Origin: an uncultured Lachnospiraceae bacterium | GTDB lineage: Bacteria > Bacillota > Clostridia > Oscillospirales > CAG-272 | Reading direction: 5' to 3' | DNA length: 64,000 nt | Assembly (NCBI GenBank): GCA_964653575.1 | Contig: CAZZFP010000003.1 | Location: 5,898-69,897 of the forward strand | In this document: positions 17,481 to 27,169 of the stretch, piece after piece | Numbering within the stretch: the stretch's first letter is position 1 | Layout of the letters: the number at the start of each line of letters is the position of its first letter | Made by a program: the position numbers and the translations under genes | Notes under the pieces: model-generated | Databases searched by the model: none | Told to the model about the DNA's origin: nothing | Seen by the model: only the letters and a program-made list of their open reading frames with translations

Positions 17481-20234
17481 ATGGGATTGTTTACTAAAAT
17501 GTTCGGTACTTACAGCCAAAGACAAATAAAAAAGCTTATGGGTACCGTTGATGAGATAGAGGCACTTGCCGACAAGTATAGGGCTATGTCGGACGAAGAG
17601 CTTGCGGCAGTTACACCTGCTCTCAAGACAAGGCTCGCAAACGGAGAGACGCTCGACGATATACTTGTCGATGCCTTTGCGGCGGTCAGGGAAGCGGCGG
17701 ACAGAGTGCTCGGAAAGCGTCCGTTCCGCGTTCAGCTCATAGGCGGAATAGTTTTGCATCAAGGAAGGATCGCCGAAATGAAGACGGGCGAGGGCAAGAC
17801 CCTGGTTGCGACCATGCCCGCGTATCTCAACGCGCTCAACGGAGAGGGTGTCCACATAGTTACGGTAAACGAGTATCTTGCTCGTCGTGACAGTGAAGAG
17901 ATGGGCAGAGTCTACGGATTTATGGGACTTACCACGGGTCTTGTTATCCACGATCAGACATCGGCCGAGAAGCAGGCGGCTTACAATTGTGACATCGTAT
18001 ACGGAACTAACAACGAGCTGGGGTTTGACTATCTGCGTGACAATATGGTTGTGTACAAGAAAAATATGGTTCAGCGCGGCCACGCTTTTGCAATCGTTGA
18101 CGAGGTAGACTCCATACTGATAGATGAGGCAAGAACACCTCTTATCATCTCCGGAGCGGGAGAGGAATCTACGGATCTCTACGAGAAGGTGGACAAGTTC
18201 GTTCGCAGACTCAAAAAATTCGTAATTAAGAAAATTGACGATAAAGAAGAGATCGATACCATTTCCGATGACGCGGACTATATCGTAGACGAAAAAGCAA
18301 ATCAGGTAATTCTTACCGAGAACGGTGCAAGAAAGGCTGAGGAATATTTTGGACTTGAGCATCTTACCGATCCCGAAAACTCAACCCTTTATCACCATAT
18401 AAATCAGTCGATAAAAGCATATGGATCTATGCACCGTGATGTTGATTATGTTGTCAATGAACAGGGTGTTATGATAGTAGATTCATTTACGGGTCGTATT
18501 ATGCCCGGACGAAGATATTCAAACGGACTTCATCAGGCACTCGAAGCAAAGGAAGGCGTTAAGATAGAGAGAGAAAACAAAACTCTTGCTACCATTACAT
18601 TCCAAAACTATTTCAGAATGTATAAAAAGCTTTCAGGTATGACGGGTACGGCACTTACCGAAGAAAACGAGTTCAGGGAAATATATTCGCTTGACGTCGT
18701 GGAGGTTCCGACTAATATGCCTATGATAAGAGTAGATCACCCGGATGCGGTATATAAGAGTGTAAAGGGAAAATACAATGCTATCGTTGATAAGATAAAA
18801 GAATGCAACGAAAAGGGACAGCCTGTGCTTGTCGGTACTATTTCGATAGATAAATCCGAGGAACTTTCTGCTCGGCTCAAAAAAGAGGGCATCAAGCATA
18901 CCGTCCTTAACGCAAAGTACCATGCTATGGAGGCAGAAATAGTTGCTCAAGCAGGTAAATTCGGTGCTGTTACGATATCGACAAATATGGCGGGACGCGG
19001 AACGGATATTATGCTCGGAGGTAATCCGGAGTATATGGCAAAATCCGAGATGCGCAAGATGGGTATCCCCGAGGAGATAATCGCGGAGTCAAACGGTTCG
19101 GCACACACGGACAACGAGGAGATCGTAGAGGCAAGAAGAACCTTCTCCGAACTTTATTCGAGGTTTAAAAATGAGATAGCTCCCGAGGCGGAAAAGGTAA
19201 GGCAGGCGGGAGGCTTGTACATCCTCGGTACCGAGCGCCACGAAAACAGACGTATAGACAATCAGCTCAGAGGTCGTTCCGGACGTCAGGGTGACCCCGG
19301 AGAATCAAAATTCTTCATCTCTCTCGAGGACGATCTTATGAGACTTTTCGGAAGCGAGAAGATATTCGGGCTTGTCGATGCGCTCGGACTTGACGACGAT
19401 ACGCCGATCGATGCAAGAATACTTTCAAATCAGATAGAGTCCGCGCAAAAGCGTATTGAGGATCAGAACTTTAAGCGCCGTAAGAATGTTTTGATGTATG
19501 ATGACGTTATGAATCAGCAGAGAAACATCATTTACGGTCAGCGCGCTCAGGTCCTTAACGGAGAGGATATCAGCGCTACCGTAAAGGGAATGATAAGCTC
19601 TGAAATAGAGAGCGTGGTAAGCTCCGCTACCGTCGGAGAGAATCCCTCCGATTGGAGCCTTGAAGCGATACGCGCTCATTTCCTCGGTTATCTCTGCGTT
19701 TCCGATGATTTCAATTATTCCGAGGGGGCATTGGCGAGCCTTAAGCAGAGTGAGATAATAGATACTCTTACGGACCGTGCATTCAAAATATATGCCGATA
19801 AGGAGACGCTTTTCGGTGCCGATAGGTTCAGAGAGGTAGAGCGTGCGATTCTGCTTGAGAGCGTTGACCGCGCCTGGATGGAGCACATAGACGCTATGGA
19901 CGATCTTAAGGGGAGCATAGGACTTCAAGCATACGCTCAACGTGATCCCATTAATGAATACAGAATCCAGGGAGCCGAAATGTTCGATAATATGGTCGAG
20001 GAGATCAAGGAGAATACTGTGAGAAAGATACTTTCCGTGATTCCGAGAGCGCAGACTATCGAACGTGTTCAGATAGCAAAGCCGCTTGATACCGGCGAGG
20101 ATGGCGCGACGGAGCCGAAGAAAAAAACAGTCGTAAGGACTGCGGCAAAAGTCGGCAGAAATGATCCATGTCCATGCGGATCGGGCAAAAAATACAAAAA
20201 TTGTTGCGGAGCAAACGGCAACAAAATAAGCTGA
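17481..20234 (+). CDS. secA: Preprotein translocase ATPase SecA
   Basis: The 917-aa product has MKTGEGKTL (Walker A) and the motif DEVDSILIDEARTPLIIS. The C-terminus has the zinc motif CPCGSGKKYKNCCG. Confidence 0.97.
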   Translation: MGLFTKMFGTYSQRQIKKLMGTVDEIEALADKYRAMSDEELAAVTPALKTRLANGETLDDILVDAFAAVREAADRVLGKRPFRVQLIGGIVLHQGRIAEMKTGEGKTLVATMPAYLNALNGEGVHIVTVNEYLARRDSEEMGRVYGFMGLTTGLVIHDQTSAEKQAAYNCDIVYGTNNELGFDYLRDNMVVYKKNMVQRGHAFAIVDEVDSILIDEARTPLIISGAGEESTDLYEKVDKFVRRLKKFVIKKIDDKEEIDTISDDADYIVDEKANQVILTENGARKAEEYFGLEHLTDPENSTLYHHINQSIKAYGSMHRDVDYVVNEQGVMIVDSFTGRIMPGRRYSNGLHQALEAKEGVKIERENKTLATITFQNYFRMYKKLSGMTGTALTEENEFREIYSLDVVEVPTNMPMIRVDHPDAVYKSVKGKYNAIVDKIKECNEKGQPVLVGTISIDKSEELSARLKKEGIKHTVLNAKYHAMEAEIVAQAGKFGAVTISTNMAGRGTDIMLGGNPEYMAKSEMRKMGIPEEIIAESNGSAHTDNEEIVEARRTFSELYSRFKNEIAPEAEKVRQAGGLYILGTERHENRRIDNQLRGRSGRQGDPGESKFFISLEDDLMRLFGSEKIFGLVDALGLDDDTPIDARILSNQIESAQKRIEDQNFKRRKNVLMYDDVMNQQRNIIYGQRAQVLNGEDISATVKGMISSEIESVVSSATVGENPSDWSLEAIRAHFLGYLCVSDDFNYSEGALASLKQSEIIDTLTDRAFKIYADKETLFGADRFREVERAILLESVDRAWMEHIDAMDDLKGSIGLQAYAQRDPINEYRIQGAEMFDNMVEEIKENTVRKILSVIPRAQTIERVQIAKPLDTGEDGATEPKKKTVVRTAAKVGRNDPCPCGSGKKYKNCCGANGNKIS

Positions 20235-20298
20235 TTTATAAATTTGCGATCGAATTTTTGACACAAAAAATAAACTCGCAATAGAAAAGGAGCAAGTG

Positions 20299-21018
20299 AT
20301 GGGATTCGGTTGGTTGTTTATCGGATATGTTATGTCATATATGATGAGTTTTACGAAATACAGCCACGGGATCGTGCTGTTCGGATGCCTTTTGATGTGG
20401 CACGGTATTTCAATGCTGGGGCGGCATAATGAAAAGTTCGTCTATGCTACCTATCCTTTATTGGCGCTTGCTTTTGTAAAGCTATATATGAGTTGCGGTC
20501 TTGCAAACGAACTGTTCGGTATGGGGCTCAGCATATTTGATGGCGCGATATATACCGTGTTCGAAGTGCTCGAATATCTTTCGAGCGCGGCATTTCATAT
20601 ATTTCTGTTGCTTGCTGTGAAGAGTATTGCATCGGATCTCGAGCTTCCGCGACAGAGCAACGCCGCACAAAGGAATATGGTCATAGCGTCTATGTACTAT
20701 GTCTTTGCGCTCCTGTGGATGTTGCCGCTGAATATACCAAGCGATGTAAAATCCGGCGTATTGATGTTTCTTTTGATTGCAAGGCTGTTGTGGGCGATAC
20801 TCGATCTTGTGCTCATATATTCTTGTTATATGTACATCTGCCCGGCAGGAGACGAGGATATGCCGCTTAAAAGATCGAGATTTGAATTTATCAACCGTTT
20901 TCGCGAGGAAACGGCAAGACGCGAGCAAAAGGCGGCTGATGAGAACGTTGCGCTTTTCAAAGAGCGCAGGGACAGACGCAGAAAGAAGAAAAGTCAGAAG
21001 AGCAAACGGAAGAAATAG
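20299..21018 (+). CDS. Uncharacterised polytopic membrane protein with a poly-basic C-terminal tail
   Basis: The ATG at 20299 lies 6 nt after AAAAGGAG; the ORF track begins at GTG 20296. The product has about 6 hydrophobic segments and a tail RRDRRRKKKSQKSKRKK. I recognised no family. Confidence 0.6.
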   Translation: MGFGWLFIGYVMSYMMSFTKYSHGIVLFGCLLMWHGISMLGRHNEKFVYATYPLLALAFVKLYMSCGLANELFGMGLSIFDGAIYTVFEVLEYLSSAAFHIFLLLAVKSIASDLELPRQSNAAQRNMVIASMYYVFALLWMLPLNIPSDVKSGVLMFLLIARLLWAILDLVLIYSCYMYICPAGDEDMPLKRSRFEFINRFREETARREQKAADENVALFKERRDRRRKKKSQKSKRKK

Positions 21019-21099
21019 ATCTGCGGTTTCTATGAACATATTCCGTACTTGTTGAGTTGAAATGATGAATTTTAAGATCACGAAAGGAATGACGCGCGT

Positions 21100-22638
21100 A
21101 TGAAAGATATGAGAGAGATGAATATTGAGTCGGAAGGCGGTGCCGTGCGTAAGCCAAAGGTCAAAAAAAGCCTCGGACTCGGATGCGTTATAGCGGCATC
21201 GTTTTTTCTGTTCAATCCGGATCTTGCCGTTATAGATCTTGTTCCGGATTTTATCGGATATATGCTGATAAATTACGGGCTTACTGTACTTGCGGATCTT
21301 AACGATCACTTTGAAGAGGCAAAAAAACGATTCAAGCTTATGATATTCGTAAGTATTGCAAAGCTTTTGTCGATATTTATGCTTTTCGGGCTTAATGATG
21401 CCTATATGCGCCCCTATTCGATGTTACTTTATCCCTGCGTCTTCGGGGTCATAGAACTCGTGCTTCTTTTGCCGGCATTCAAACACTTTTTTGACGGTTT
21501 GACGTATCTTTCGTCGCGAAATGACGGTTCTGCGGCGTTTCTGTATCGTTTTCCGTCAAAATTCAAACGCCGCGACAAAAGGCGTGTACCTCTTAAAAAC
21601 ATTACCGAGCGTACCTACTCGTTAACTGCCTTCTTCCTGTTTGCAAAGTCCTTCCTTTCGGTGCTTCCGGAGTTCAGTGTGCTCACGAGCACGACGTATG
21701 ACGAGAGCAAGCATACGATAGATCTTTACGATTATATCGGACTTTTACGAATGATGGCTATTTTGCTTATGAGCATAATAGGTATTGTTTGGCTCGTCGG
21801 ATTTGTGCGATATATCGCTCTCATCATCAAGGACAGCGAATTTATGGAGCGACTTCGGGATGCTTACAGGACCAAGGTTCTTGTAAGGGAGGGGCTGTTT
21901 GTCAGAAGAAGACTGCATTTTGCCTTGTTCTGGCTAAAAATCGCCGCTGTCTTCGCGATAGATTTTTATGTAAATTATTACAACGTGATTCCGGATGTTT
22001 TGTTTGCTGTCACAGGTATAGCGGCTATCTGCCTGCTTCGTAAATATATCACTAAGAGCAGATATGCTTCCGCGGTCGCAGCCCTTTCCGTTTACGGATG
22101 CGCAAGTGCTGTTGCGTCTTATATAAACGCCTACTATAATGTTGTTTACGAAACATTTGAAACTATGTTCAGAGATCCCGATGCGTACGACACTTATACG
22201 TTGATGCGCGTGTCCACTGCTGTGGAGAGCCTTTTGTTCGTGGTGGCATTTGTGTTTGTCGCGCGTGCGCTTTCCGACATAATAAAAGGGCACTGCGGTT
22301 ATATTACGCACAATACGGACAGCGGATTTTTTAACGAGCAACAAGGTGTGCTCCGTAAAGAATTGCAGGGTTCTCTCAAAAGAACGGGAATATTTGCGAT
22401 GCTCAGTGCGATCACGGCTGTAATGTATGATTGCTTCAAGCAGTATCAGACCATAAACACCTTCCTTCCGAACAGCTTTATCGAAGCACATCCGCTACTC
22501 GCACCCATGATGCAACGGGTGATACCGGGAAGTATTTGGTTTATAGATCTTATATTTGCAATAGCATTCGCCGCGTCGTTTATCAGTGCAATTTCGGATA
22601 TAATTTATTTTATTGATCAGCGTTATATTCTTGACTGA
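21100..22638 (+). CDS. Uncharacterised polytopic membrane protein (512 aa)
   Basis: It is a long ORF with 10 or more hydrophobic segments and the motif NPDLAVIDLVPDFIGYML near the N-terminus. I recognised no family. Confidence 0.6.
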   Translation: MKDMREMNIESEGGAVRKPKVKKSLGLGCVIAASFFLFNPDLAVIDLVPDFIGYMLINYGLTVLADLNDHFEEAKKRFKLMIFVSIAKLLSIFMLFGLNDAYMRPYSMLLYPCVFGVIELVLLLPAFKHFFDGLTYLSSRNDGSAAFLYRFPSKFKRRDKRRVPLKNITERTYSLTAFFLFAKSFLSVLPEFSVLTSTTYDESKHTIDLYDYIGLLRMMAILLMSIIGIVWLVGFVRYIALIIKDSEFMERLRDAYRTKVLVREGLFVRRRLHFALFWLKIAAVFAIDFYVNYYNVIPDVLFAVTGIAAICLLRKYITKSRYASAVAALSVYGCASAVASYINAYYNVVYETFETMFRDPDAYDTYTLMRVSTAVESLLFVVAFVFVARALSDIIKGHCGYITHNTDSGFFNEQQGVLRKELQGSLKRTGIFAMLSAITAVMYDCFKQYQTINTFLPNSFIEAHPLLAPMMQRVIPGSIWFIDLIFAIAFAASFISAISDIIYFIDQRYILD

Positions 22639-22710
22639 AGCGGCACGACTGATCCGAACTTTACTCTTACATTATCTGAATAATACGGCACGATTGTGAT
22701 AATACTTATG

Positions 22711-22730
22711 CGTGTAACTTGATTTACACG
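22711..22730 (+). promoter_or_regulatory. Perfect inverted repeat CGTGTAA-N6-TTACACG upstream of the Q/N-rich small ORF
   Basis: Read directly from the sequence. It lies just downstream of an extended -10-like element TGtGATAAT (22695-22703). A second CGTGTAAC copy follows at 22729-22736. Confidence 0.3.
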
Positions 22731-22767
22731 TGTAACAGTATTCCAAATATCAAAGGAGATCACAATT

Positions 22768-22908
22768 ATGCAGAATAATCAAAATAGCCAGAGCAAGCAG
22801 AATCAGCAAAATCAGAATCAGCAGAATCAAAATAATCAGAACGGTCAGAACAAGCAGAACCACAAAAATGCTCAGAATAAGCAGAGTGAGCAGAACGAGC
22901 AGAGATAA
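22768..22908 (+). CDS. Unannotated 46-codon Gln/Asn-rich small protein
   Basis: It is below the ORF-track length cut-off. The ATG at 22768 lies 7 nt after AAAGGAG. The product is MQNNQNSQSKQNQQNQNQQNQNNQNGQNKQNHKNAQNKQSEQNEQR (17 Q and 15 N of 46 residues). A stable hairpin follows. Confidence 0.45.
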   Translation: MQNNQNSQSKQNQQNQNQQNQNNQNGQNKQNHKNAQNKQSEQNEQR

Positions 22909-22939
22909 CTTTTGCGCGTTAAGATAAAATATCAGAATG

Positions 22940-22965
22940 GGGCTGCTGCATATTTGCAGTAGCCC
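22940..22965 (+). terminator. Stable hairpin after the small ORF (terminator candidate with a weak U-tract)
   Basis: An 11-bp stem pairs gggctgctgca with tgcagtagccc (one G-U pair) around a 4-nt loop. The downstream sequence tgtattgcgg is not U-rich. Confidence 0.4.
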
Positions 22966-23001
22966 TGTATTGCGGATACTAAATCATAAAGGACCCCATA
23001 T

Positions 23002-25449
23002 ATGAATACATACGAAAAAAGATTTTTGAGTGCCAAGCGTGAGATATTCGAGAAGGCTTACGCATATTTGAATCCCGAGCAGAGAAGTGCTGTGTTTACG
23101 GTGAACAATCCCTTGCTGATACTCGCGGGCGCGGGCAGCGGCAAGACCACGGTGCTCGTAAAAAGAATAGCGTTTATAATAAGATACGGAAATGCTTACT
23201 ATTCGGATGACATTCCGCGCGGTATGGATATGAATGAGGAGACCGTCTCTTTCTTTGAGCAGTTTGCAAAAACACAGGAGAATCCAGAGCCCGCATTTCT
23301 TTGCGGATTTGCTTCCGATCCGTGTCCTCCGTGGCAGGTGCTTGCCATCACGTTTACAAATAAGGCGGCAAACGAGATAAAGTCAAGGCTATGCACGGAG
23401 CTTGAGGATGACACCATAGCAAAAGACGTTTGGGCGGGAACCTTCCACTCGGTGTGTGTCAGAATACTACGCTCGCACGCCGAAAAGCTCGGATACAAAT
23501 CGGGATTTACGATATACGATACCGATGATACCAAAAAAGCAATTACCAACGCGATAAAAGAATGTAATATAGACGAAAAGGTGTTGCCGGTAAAATCCGC
23601 GATCAATGCCATAAGTCGCGCAAAAGAGCAGCTGCTCACTCCCGATGCCTACGGTGACTCATTTAATTCCACCGATCATAAAGCTAAGCTTATACACAAG
23701 GTTTACAGGGTCTATCAGCAACGCCTCATAGACTCGAATGCTATGGATTTTGATGATATCATAATGCAGACCGTCTTTCTCCTTCGTGATTTTGAAGAGG
23801 TCAGAGCATACTATCAGAGAAAATTCAAGTATGTTTCGGTCGATGAATTTCAAGATACGAATAAGGCGCAGCTCATTCTTACGGAGCTTCTTTCAAACGG
23901 ATACAGAAATCTTATGGTAGTCGGTGACGATGACCAGAGTATATACAGATTCAGAGGCGCAACGATTGAGAATATTTTGAATTTTGATAAGCATTATCCC
24001 GATGCCAAGGTCATAAGGCTTGAGCAAAATTATCGATCGACGGACATAATTCTCGGCGCGGCAAACGGTATAATCCGTCATAATACGGGCAGACACGCCA
24101 AGACACTTTGGACGGAGTGCAGCGGTGGCGATAAGATAACCGTACGTCGTCTTGACGATCAAAACGGGGAAGCAAGGTATATCCTTGACATCATAAGGCG
24201 GCAGGTTCGGTCTGGAGCGCACGAATTCAGAGATTATGCCATTCTTTACAGAACGAATGCACAGTCGAGCACGATAGAGCGCGCATTTGCCAAAAGCGGC
24301 ATACCGTACCGTATGCTCGGCGGTACACGCTTTAACGATCGCGAGGAAATAAGGGATATCACGGCATACCTTCAGCTTATATGCAACCATTCCGACCGTG
24401 AACGCCTAAAGAGAATAATAAACAAGCCAAAGCGTAAGATCGGAAATGCTACCATAGAGGCGATAGCCGAGATAGCGGATGCCGAAGGCATCTCTATGTT
24501 TGAAGTCATAGAAAATTGTCAAAGGTATATAGCACTTGCGAGAAGCACAAAGCAGCTTCTTGAATTTGCTTCACTTATAAATGAACTGACATTTATGATG
24601 CAGAATGAGCCATTAGATGTTCTTGTCAAAGAAACTATGGAGCGTTCGGGATACAGGCATTCCATAGAAGAAAAGGGAGAAGAAGAAAAGGATAGATTGG
24701 ATAACCTGGATGAATTCCTCTCCGGAGTCATAGATTATATGAAGAGCACTGATGAGGCATCGCTTATGGGCTTTCTTGAGGAGAACGCGCTTGTTGCCGA
24801 TGTTGATAAATACGATGAGACGGCGGATGCGGTCGTTATGATGACGGTTCACAGCTCAAAAGGACTTGAATTTCCCGTTGTATTCATTCCCGGAATGGAG
24901 GATGGCATCTTTCCCGGGCTTCAGACGGTTATGGAGGGTCCCGCCGCCATCGAAGAGGAACGCCGCCTTGCGTACGTCGCAATAACGCGTGCTAAGAAGG
25001 AGTTGTACATACTTTCGGCAGAGTCGCGGCTTCTTTACGGAAGAACGTCGTACAACCCTCCGTCGAGATTTTTATCGGAGATCCCGGATGAGTATATAGA
25101 TGCTCCCAAACGGGATAATGCAAGCACAAAAAGAGCGGATGTCGGATCATCCGGCAGATGGAGTAACGAAGGATATGGAAGGTCGGGATATTCTTCATAT
25201 GATCTTACAAAAAGCGAGAATACCGCAAGAAGCAAATACGCGGATTACGGTATGCCGAAGGCGTCGAAGCCCGCGGCGACGAAAGTCGAAAGGCTCAATG
25301 TAGGTGATCGGGTAAGCCATATCTCTTTCGGAGAAGGAGATATACTTTCGGTAAATCCCGTCGGAGCCGATGTTATCTATGAAATTATGTTTGATAACGT
25401 AGGAATAAAGAAGCTTATGGGTACTTATGCAAAGCTAAAAAAGCTTTGA
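23002..25449 (+). CDS. pcrA: ATP-dependent DNA helicase PcrA (UvrD/Rep family)
   Basis: It has AGAGSGKTTVL (motif I), VDEFQDTN (motif II), QNYRST, and VMMTVHSSKGLEFPVVF. Confidence 0.93.
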   Translation: MNTYEKRFLSAKREIFEKAYAYLNPEQRSAVFTVNNPLLILAGAGSGKTTVLVKRIAFIIRYGNAYYSDDIPRGMDMNEETVSFFEQFAKTQENPEPAFLCGFASDPCPPWQVLAITFTNKAANEIKSRLCTELEDDTIAKDVWAGTFHSVCVRILRSHAEKLGYKSGFTIYDTDDTKKAITNAIKECNIDEKVLPVKSAINAISRAKEQLLTPDAYGDSFNSTDHKAKLIHKVYRVYQQRLIDSNAMDFDDIIMQTVFLLRDFEEVRAYYQRKFKYVSVDEFQDTNKAQLILTELLSNGYRNLMVVGDDDQSIYRFRGATIENILNFDKHYPDAKVIRLEQNYRSTDIILGAANGIIRHNTGRHAKTLWTECSGGDKITVRRLDDQNGEARYILDIIRRQVRSGAHEFRDYAILYRTNAQSSTIERAFAKSGIPYRMLGGTRFNDREEIRDITAYLQLICNHSDRERLKRIINKPKRKIGNATIEAIAEIADAEGISMFEVIENCQRYIALARSTKQLLEFASLINELTFMMQNEPLDVLVKETMERSGYRHSIEEKGEEEKDRLDNLDEFLSGVIDYMKSTDEASLMGFLEENALVADVDKYDETADAVVMMTVHSSKGLEFPVVFIPGMEDGIFPGLQTVMEGPAAIEEERRLAYVAITRAKKELYILSAESRLLYGRTSYNPPSRFLSEIPDEYIDAPKRDNASTKRADVGSSGRWSNEGYGRSGYSSYDLTKSENTARSKYADYGMPKASKPAATKVERLNVGDRVSHISFGEGDILSVNPVGADVIYEIMFDNVGIKKLMGTYAKLKKL

Positions 25450-25537
25450 TACGGTTCCGCTTGCCTTAAATAGAGTGAAATAAGTGAAAAAATATTACAA
25501 AAATCTTATATTTTTTAGAAACTTAACATTTTACATA

Positions 25538-25566
25538 TTTACAAAACGCGTTAAATAGAGTAAAAT
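25538..25566 (+). promoter_or_regulatory. Putative sigma-A promoter of pyrH-frr (TTTACA-N17-TAAAAT)
   Basis: Hexamers and the 17-nt spacer were read directly. It lies about 110 nt upstream of pyrH. Confidence 0.4.
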
Positions 25567-25676
25567 ATAGGATGGGGATCGTCAGGCTTGATATCTCCGG
25601 TTGAAACGTTCCGAAACGTTGATGCCTTTATTCGGTAACATCAAAATATAATATTCAGTTCGGAGGTTCCTCTTAT

Positions 25677-26399
25677 ATGACAGTATCAAACGCACAGCCG
25701 AAATTCAAACGAATCTTGCTAAAGCTTTCGGGAGAGGCTATAAAATCTCCTAACGAGGTCATAAGCTTTGACTTCCTCGATACCATTGCAAACGCCATAA
25801 AGACCTGTAACGAAGCGGGTGTAGAGGTAGCGGTGGTCATAGGAGCGGGAAATATCTGGAGAGGAAGGCAGGGCTCGTCCGCTATGGATCAGAACCGTGC
25901 CGACCGTATGGGAATGCTTGCGACCGTCATAAATTCCTTGGCACTTCAGGAAGCGCTTCTTGAGGCGGGAGTCGGCGCATCGGTTATGGCACCTCCGCAG
26001 GTAACGGGATTTGCCGAGACCTTTGATCCATTCAAAGCTAAGGAATATTTATCTGACGGAAAGGTAGTTATCATCGCGGGCGGAACGGGCGCACCTTTCT
26101 TCACTACGGATACCGCGGCGGTTCTTCGCGCCGCCGAGATCGACGCCGACGCTGTACTGATGGCAAAGAACGTGGACGGTATATACAATGCGGATCCGAA
26201 CGTCGATAGCAGTGCCGTTAAGTATGACGAGCTTACGTATACGAAGATACTTCAGGATAACCTTAAGGCGATCGACCTTACGGCAGCGGCATTCTGCCTC
26301 AACACAGGCGTACCGACCTTTGCCTTCGGTCTTTCCGATCCGAACAACATTATGCGTATAGTTATGGGAGAGAAGGTCGGCACAAAGCTTCACAAATGA
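25677..26399 (+). CDS. pyrH: UMP kinase
   Basis: It reads KRILLKLSGEA...VIGAGNIWRG...IAGGTGAPFFTTDTAA. Confidence 0.95.
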   Translation: MTVSNAQPKFKRILLKLSGEAIKSPNEVISFDFLDTIANAIKTCNEAGVEVAVVIGAGNIWRGRQGSSAMDQNRADRMGMLATVINSLALQEALLEAGVGASVMAPPQVTGFAETFDPFKAKEYLSDGKVVIIAGGTGAPFFTTDTAAVLRAAEIDADAVLMAKNVDGIYNADPNVDSSAVKYDELTYTKILQDNLKAIDLTAAAFCLNTGVPTFAFGLSDPNNIMRIVMGEKVGTKLHK

Positions 26400-26456
26400 A
26401 GCTGTTCCTTGAATAAAAACGATATACAATTTACATACGAAAGGAAATTAAAGAAA

Positions 26457-27011
26457 ATGAGCTTTAACAAAAAACCTTATGAAGAAAAAATGACAAAGGC
26501 AGTTGCCGCTTATGAATCCAACCTTTCGCTCATCAGAGCGGGACGCGCAAACACAGCGATCCTTTCCAAGATCACATTTGAATACTATGGAGCTCCCACT
26601 CTTCTCGTAAATATGGCAGACGTAAAGGTAACGGATCCCAAGACGGTTACTATTTCTCCATACGATAAGACGACCTTGAAGGCTATCGTAAAGGCCATTC
26701 TCGCTTCCGATATAGGTATTACACCCAGTGATGACGGTACCGTCATCCGTCTGGTTTTCCCTCAGCTTACCGGTGAGCGCCGTAAGGAGCTTGTAAAGCA
26801 GGTTCAAAAGGAAGGCGAGGAGGCAAAGGTCGCTGTTCGTAATATCCGCAGAGGCGCAAACGATGATATCAAGAAAATGAAAAAAGACGGCGAGCTGACA
26901 GAGGATGAGCAGAAGAATGCCGAAAAATCCGTTCAGGAGTTGACCGATAAATTTATAAGGAACGTTGACAATTTAACGGATAAAAAGATCGCCGAGCTTA
27001 ACGAGATCTGA
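26457..27011 (+). CDS. frr: Ribosome recycling factor
   Basis: The motifs SLIRAGRANTAIL and PQLTGERRKELVK are Frr hallmarks. I prefer the internal ATG at 26457 over the TTG at 26409. Confidence 0.95.
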   Translation: MSFNKKPYEEKMTKAVAAYESNLSLIRAGRANTAILSKITFEYYGAPTLLVNMADVKVTDPKTVTISPYDKTTLKAIVKAILASDIGITPSDDGTVIRLVFPQLTGERRKELVKQVQKEGEEAKVAVRNIRRGANDDIKKMKKDGELTEDEQKNAEKSVQELTDKFIRNVDNLTDKKIAELNEI

Positions 27012-27076
27012 GAACGTAGTTTTTAAGCGGCTCACATTGATGTGGTAGGTGTATAATGATTGCCGTTTGAAGGCAC

Positions 27077-27116
27077 AATGGGGTCAGTCCTTTATGCGAC
27101 GCAGACCCCATTTTAT
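27077..27116 (+). terminator. Rho-independent terminator after frr
   Basis: A stem pairs aatggggtc with gaccccatt and runs into TTTTATAA. Confidence 0.6.
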
Positions 27117-27169
27117 AATATATCGGTGATCAAGCCATAAAAATAAACATAAGTTTAGCGGGGGACAGT

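Noticed and set aside
17478-18362. A 294-aa minus-strand ORF overlapping the secA start. Similar long antisense ORFs occur at 60902..61936 (ackA), 29015..29968 (dxr), 10402..11196 (lepA), 20482..21309, 19425..20264 and 54911..55639.
   Set aside because: All are antisense to genes with unambiguous conserved motifs. None has recognisable domains or translation signals.
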